The notes beneath the pieces were generated by a model, which did no database searches, was not told where the DNA came from, and saw only the letters and a program-made list of their open reading frames with translations. A program made the translations under genes and the position numbers. From positions 19,615 through 83,614 of the forward strand of contig JAJRZX010000036.1 in the NCBI GenBank assembly GCA_024275045.1: a DNA stretch of 64,000 nt. The letters run 5' to 3'. The DNA is from Deltaproteobacteria bacterium. Its GTDB lineage: Bacteria > Desulfobacterota > GWC2-55-46 > JADFVP01. Of this stretch, positions 63,256-64,000 are shown piece by piece; position 1 is the first letter of the stretch, and every line of letters begins with the position of its first letter.

Positions 63256-64000
63256 GAAACCAACTATACTTATCGTAGATGATGATGACAGGAATGTAGT
63301 CCTTCTTACCGTGAAGATGGAGCGGGAGGGGTACATTGTGGAGAGCGCCTCTAACGGCGTCGACGCACTGGAGCGTGTTGCAGCTCTAAATCCAGATGTC
63401 ATACTCATGGACGTGATGATGCCGCGTATGAACGGGTACGAGGTCTTAAAGGTCTTGAAGGCCGATGAGAAGACGCGTTATATACCTGTAATCATGCTCA
63501 CGGGCCTTGGCGAGGTGGAGAACAAGGTGCAGGGTTTTGATGTTGGGGCCGAGGACTATATTACAAAACCATTTAGTCTGCGTGAGGTCTCGGCCAGGGT
63601 GCGCTCCCTGCTGCGCATGCGCGCACTGCAGAAACGTATCAGGGAGAGCGATAAGATGGCTGCCCTTGGCGGCATGGCCGATGGCATCGCACATGAGATA
63701 CGCAACCCTCTTATGGTCATAGGGGGGCTGGCAAGGCGTCTCTGTGACGGCGCGGATGAGGAGAAGTGCAAAAAATACGCCTCTGCAATCTTGAAGTGCG
63801 TGAACAGGCTTGAGAAGATGATAGAGAGGGTTGATGATTATAAAGGCATACTCCTCTCTACATTAAGGCCGGGGGAGATTAACAGAGTAGTAGAGGATGC
63901 GCTGAGGGATGCCGCCTTTCTCTTTGAAAAAAAGGACATAGAGGTAAAGGTATCCTGTATGAAACCATCGCCTGTTGTTAATATGGATTACATTAACTTA
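63256..64000 (+). CDS. Hybrid response regulator/histidine kinase (REC domain then HisKA). The 3' end lies beyond the window.
   Basis: A GTG start gives REC motifs (ILIVDDDD, D...LMDVMMP, T, K) followed by an H-box (ADGIAHEIRNPL). Confidence 0.75.

Overview
This is a 64 kb bacterial chromosomal segment, roughly mid-50s % GC, with an unusual codon style (frequent AGG/AGA Arg and ATA Ile codons). It carries a ~3.7 kb low-GC island and several repeat families. Gene content suggests a diderm, probably anaerobic, organism: an SLH-domain lipoprotein, CsgG-like lipoproteins, PilT, FG-GAP and TPR proteins.

In order along the window:
- cheA 3' end, then a bamD-like gene.
- alaS–recX–pilT–recA on the minus strand.
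- thpR, cinA and pgpA, then the rodA–mrdA–mreDCB cell-shape cluster.
- ppiD and proS.
- A low-GC island: a hypothetical gene, a transglutaminase-like protease flanked by 24-bp direct repeats, a pirin-like cupin and an acyltransferase-3.
- rplU–rpmA, a terminator, a 3 x 80 bp tandem array, then obg–proB–proA.
- A DUF4388 protein paired with a tri-GAF/degenerate-GGDEF protein.
- moaD–moaE–mog.
- Proline dehydrogenase with a P-loop protein.
- A secreted FG-GAP beta-propeller convergent with a PAP2–GT39/83 fusion, followed by an aminotransferase, a split rubrerythrin-like pair and an aldehyde dehydrogenase.
- tRNA-Gly(CCC).
- A HlyD/ABC-2 exporter.

The most notable region is 45.4–57.6 kb. A SAM-I (S-box) riboswitch gates an operon of a threonine-synthase-like PLP enzyme, a small Dsr-like sulfite reductase with a ferredoxin insert, a TusA-like protein, a ThiS/MoaD-like sulfur carrier with a GG-AG tail and a NIL-domain protein. 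Downstream lie a CysM-like gene, a JAMM protease, a MoeB/ThiF E1, an odd Cys-motif TIM-barrel-like protein, a DASS transporter, a Fe-S-type APS reductase and an ATP sulfurylase. Together this looks like a complete sulfate-to-protein-thiocarboxylate-to-homocysteine/cysteine system.

After it come a CsgG/DUF799-like lipoprotein operon with an SLH lipoprotein and an OM beta-barrel, a TPR protein, and the start of a hybrid response-regulator/histidine kinase. No CRISPR, rRNA or obvious transposase/integrase was seen.
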